Below, piece after piece: positions 35,562 to 37,119 of a DNA stretch of 37,119 nucleotides. Source of the DNA: an uncultured Jatrophihabitans sp. (GTDB taxonomy: Bacteria; Actinomycetota; Actinomycetes; Mycobacteriales; Jatrophihabitantaceae). The position numbers and the translations under genes were made by a program. Within the stretch, counting starts at the first letter, position 1. Every line of letters begins with the position of its first letter. The stretch is taken from contig CAXUNA010000004.1 in NCBI GenBank assembly GCA_964252095.1, positions 1,788 through 38,906 of the forward strand, in the 5' to 3' direction. The notes beneath the pieces were generated by a model. It was not told where the DNA came from. It saw only the letters and a program-made list of their open reading frames with translations, and searched no databases.

Positions 35562-36959
35562 TCAGAACGTGAACGATTCGTGGTGGATCTGACGACGTGG
35601 GACCTTCGCCGTGCGCAACGCGGCCACCGTCGCGGTGGCCATGCCGTCGGGACCGCAGACGAAGACGTCGTGGTCGCGCAGGCCGGGGACATTCGCCGCC
35701 AGCGACTCCGCCGAGAGCGGGTCGTGGCCCAGATCCCGGCGGTGACCCACCAGGAAGTGCACCCGCGCCCCGCGAGCGCGGGCGATCGCCTCGATCTCGT
35801 GTCGGAAGACGACGTCGTCCTCACGCCCCACCCGGTACAGCAGCGTGAGCTCGCCGGACCGGGCGGGCACGGTCTGGAACAGAGCACGCAGCGGGGTGAT
35901 CCCGATGCCGCCGGCGATGAGCAGGACCTTCTCCCGCCGTCGACGGGCGGCGGTCATCGCGCCGTACGGTCCCTCGGCGAGCACGCGGGTACCGGGCCGC
36001 AGGTCGCGCAACGCGGCACTGTGACCGCCGAGGTCCTTGACGGTGATGCGCAGTTTCCCGGGGATCGGTGCCGCCGAGAGCGAGTACGGGTTCGAGGCCC
36101 ACCACGACCCCCGGGTGAGGAACCGCCACCGGAAGAACTGCCCGGCCTGCGGCGCGAGCTCGTCGACGCGTCGACCGGTCACCACCACCGAGACCACTCC
36201 CGGCCCCTCCACGTCGACGGCGTCGACCCGCATGCGGTGGCGCCAGGCCTGCCGGGCCGGGACGAGCACGCGGTACCAGAGCACCGCCGCGCCCACCGCG
36301 ACGTAGAGCGCGGCCCAGACCACCCTCGCCGCGGGGTTCGCGACGAACTCGGCCCCGGTGGAGAACTGGTGGCTGAACGCCAGCGCCACGGCGAGGTACG
36401 TGTAGAAGTGCAGGTGGTACCAGGTCTCGTACGTCATCCGCCGGCGGGCCGCCCGGGCCGAGACCGCCCCGACCCCGACCAGCAGACCGCCGGCGACCGT
36501 GGCCATGAGGACGTCCGGGTAGCTCAGCAGCAGGGTCCCGGCCTGGTCGAGGATCCCGGCGTGGGCGCTGACCGCGTAGCCCCACGTGATGAGCAGCGCG
36601 TGGGCCACCACCAGCGACACGCTGTAACGCCCGCCCCGCGCGTGCCACACCGCGAGACGGTCCGCGCCGATGCCGCGTTCGAGCAGCGGAATGCGCGCCA
36701 TCAGCGCGATCAGCACCACGACGCCGTAGCCCGCGAGCAACCCCGTGATGCGTCCGGCGTTGGTGAGCCAGTCACCGAGGCCGTGGATCGCCGGCGTGTC
36801 CGTCCACCACAGCGCGACCACGGCGCCGGCACCCGCCACGACCGTGGCCCACACCGCGGAGGGACGGGCGCGGGCCGGTGCCCGGTCCGCCGGACGGGAC
36901 GGCGTGGGCGCCGGAGGACGGTCCGGGTGTGGCCGGGACGTCGCCAGAGTGCTGGTCAC
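35562..36959 (-). CDS. Ferric-reductase-like transmembrane flavocytochrome (NOX/FRE family), paralogue 2
   Basis: His pairs WHARGGRYSVSLVVAHAL and WYHLHFYTYLAVALAFSHQF; NPYSLSAAP; IAGGIGITPLRALF; VFVCGP. GTG 36959 preceded by GGGAGAAAGGA. Confidence 0.9.
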   Translation of the reverse strand: MTSTLATSRPHPDRPPAPTPSRPADRAPARARPSAVWATVVAGAGAVVALWWTDTPAIHGLGDWLTNAGRITGLLAGYGVVVLIALMARIPLLERGIGADRLAVWHARGGRYSVSLVVAHALLITWGYAVSAHAGILDQAGTLLLSYPDVLMATVAGGLLVGVGAVSARAARRRMTYETWYHLHFYTYLAVALAFSHQFSTGAEFVANPAARVVWAALYVAVGAAVLWYRVLVPARQAWRHRMRVDAVDVEGPGVVSVVVTGRRVDELAPQAGQFFRWRFLTRGSWWASNPYSLSAAPIPGKLRITVKDLGGHSAALRDLRPGTRVLAEGPYGAMTAARRRREKVLLIAGGIGITPLRALFQTVPARSGELTLLYRVGREDDVVFRHEIEAIARARGARVHFLVGHRRDLGHDPLSAESLAANVPGLRDHDVFVCGPDGMATATVAALRTAKVPRRQIHHESFTF

Positions 36960-37001
36960 CGGTCCTTTCTCCCGGACGCGGCTCTCACGACCCTCTGCAC
37001 T

Positions 37002-37021
37002 TCCTGTACGCCTGCTGTCAA
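37002..37021. promoter_or_regulatory. Two degenerate CTGT(C/A)A repeats with 11-bp phasing upstream of ferric-reductase paralogue 2
   Basis: TCCTGTACG (37002-010) and TGCTGTCAA (37013-021), 43-62 nt upstream of GTG 36959. Weaker match to the ACCTGTCAG motif seen at 28827 and 31307/31318. Confidence 0.3.
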
Positions 37022-37119
37022 CGTCTCCCGTCCCGACCGCCCCCCGCCGGCCCCGGCCGGCCGCTCAGAGCCGATTCAGCGGCGGCGACGGGCATGCTGG
37101 CCCGGTGACGGGCGGGCAC

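Overview
Very GC-rich segment with actinobacterial-type codon usage (third codon positions almost always G/C). I support about 33 protein-coding genes. I found no rRNA, tRNA, CRISPR array, transposase or integrase. Many long ORFs in the track are shadow frames typical of high-GC DNA, so calls rest on recognisable protein motifs, RBS-like purine tracts and start/stop overlaps.

Gene content from left to right:
- 5'-truncated NarL-type response regulator, MmpL transporter, and a histidine kinase with no adjacent response regulator.
- Secreted protein of about 1160 aa (beta-propeller, 3 Ig-like repeats, L-type lectin, ricin B) with an apparent 1-nt frameshift just after its signal peptide.
- Type II NADH dehydrogenase; quinone oxidoreductase with a divergent MarR.
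- Zn-alcohol dehydrogenase interrupted by an in-frame TGA, coupled to an SRPBCC-like ORF.
- LOV-PP2C photoreceptor-phosphatase, cyclase-family protein, small membrane protein, HAD hydrolase.
- MarR with a divergent 14-TMS-type MFS exporter; C-terminal remnant of an SDR gene.
- MerR regulator divergent from an acyl-CoA dehydrogenase / carboxyltransferase / epsilon-peptide operon.
- TetR-MFS pair and TetR/SDR pair.

Most interesting region (27.1-37.0 kb): an OmpR-type two-component system sits between two paralogous NOX-like ferric-reductase flavocytochromes. One paralogue is coupled to a membrane-anchored FMN_bind protein (SGAT flavinylation motif) and an ApbE flavin transferase. The two-component genes are followed by a translationally coupled DUF3500 lipoprotein and HupE/UreJ-like permease. 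A recurring ACCTG(T/G)CAG motif with 11-bp phasing occupies the promoter regions of this cluster, which suggests a single regulon. Its function (extracytoplasmic electron transfer or reductive metal handling) is inferred, not shown.

Two disrupted genes, one gene remnant and a G16 tract at the window edge point to either local gene decay or draft-quality sequence.
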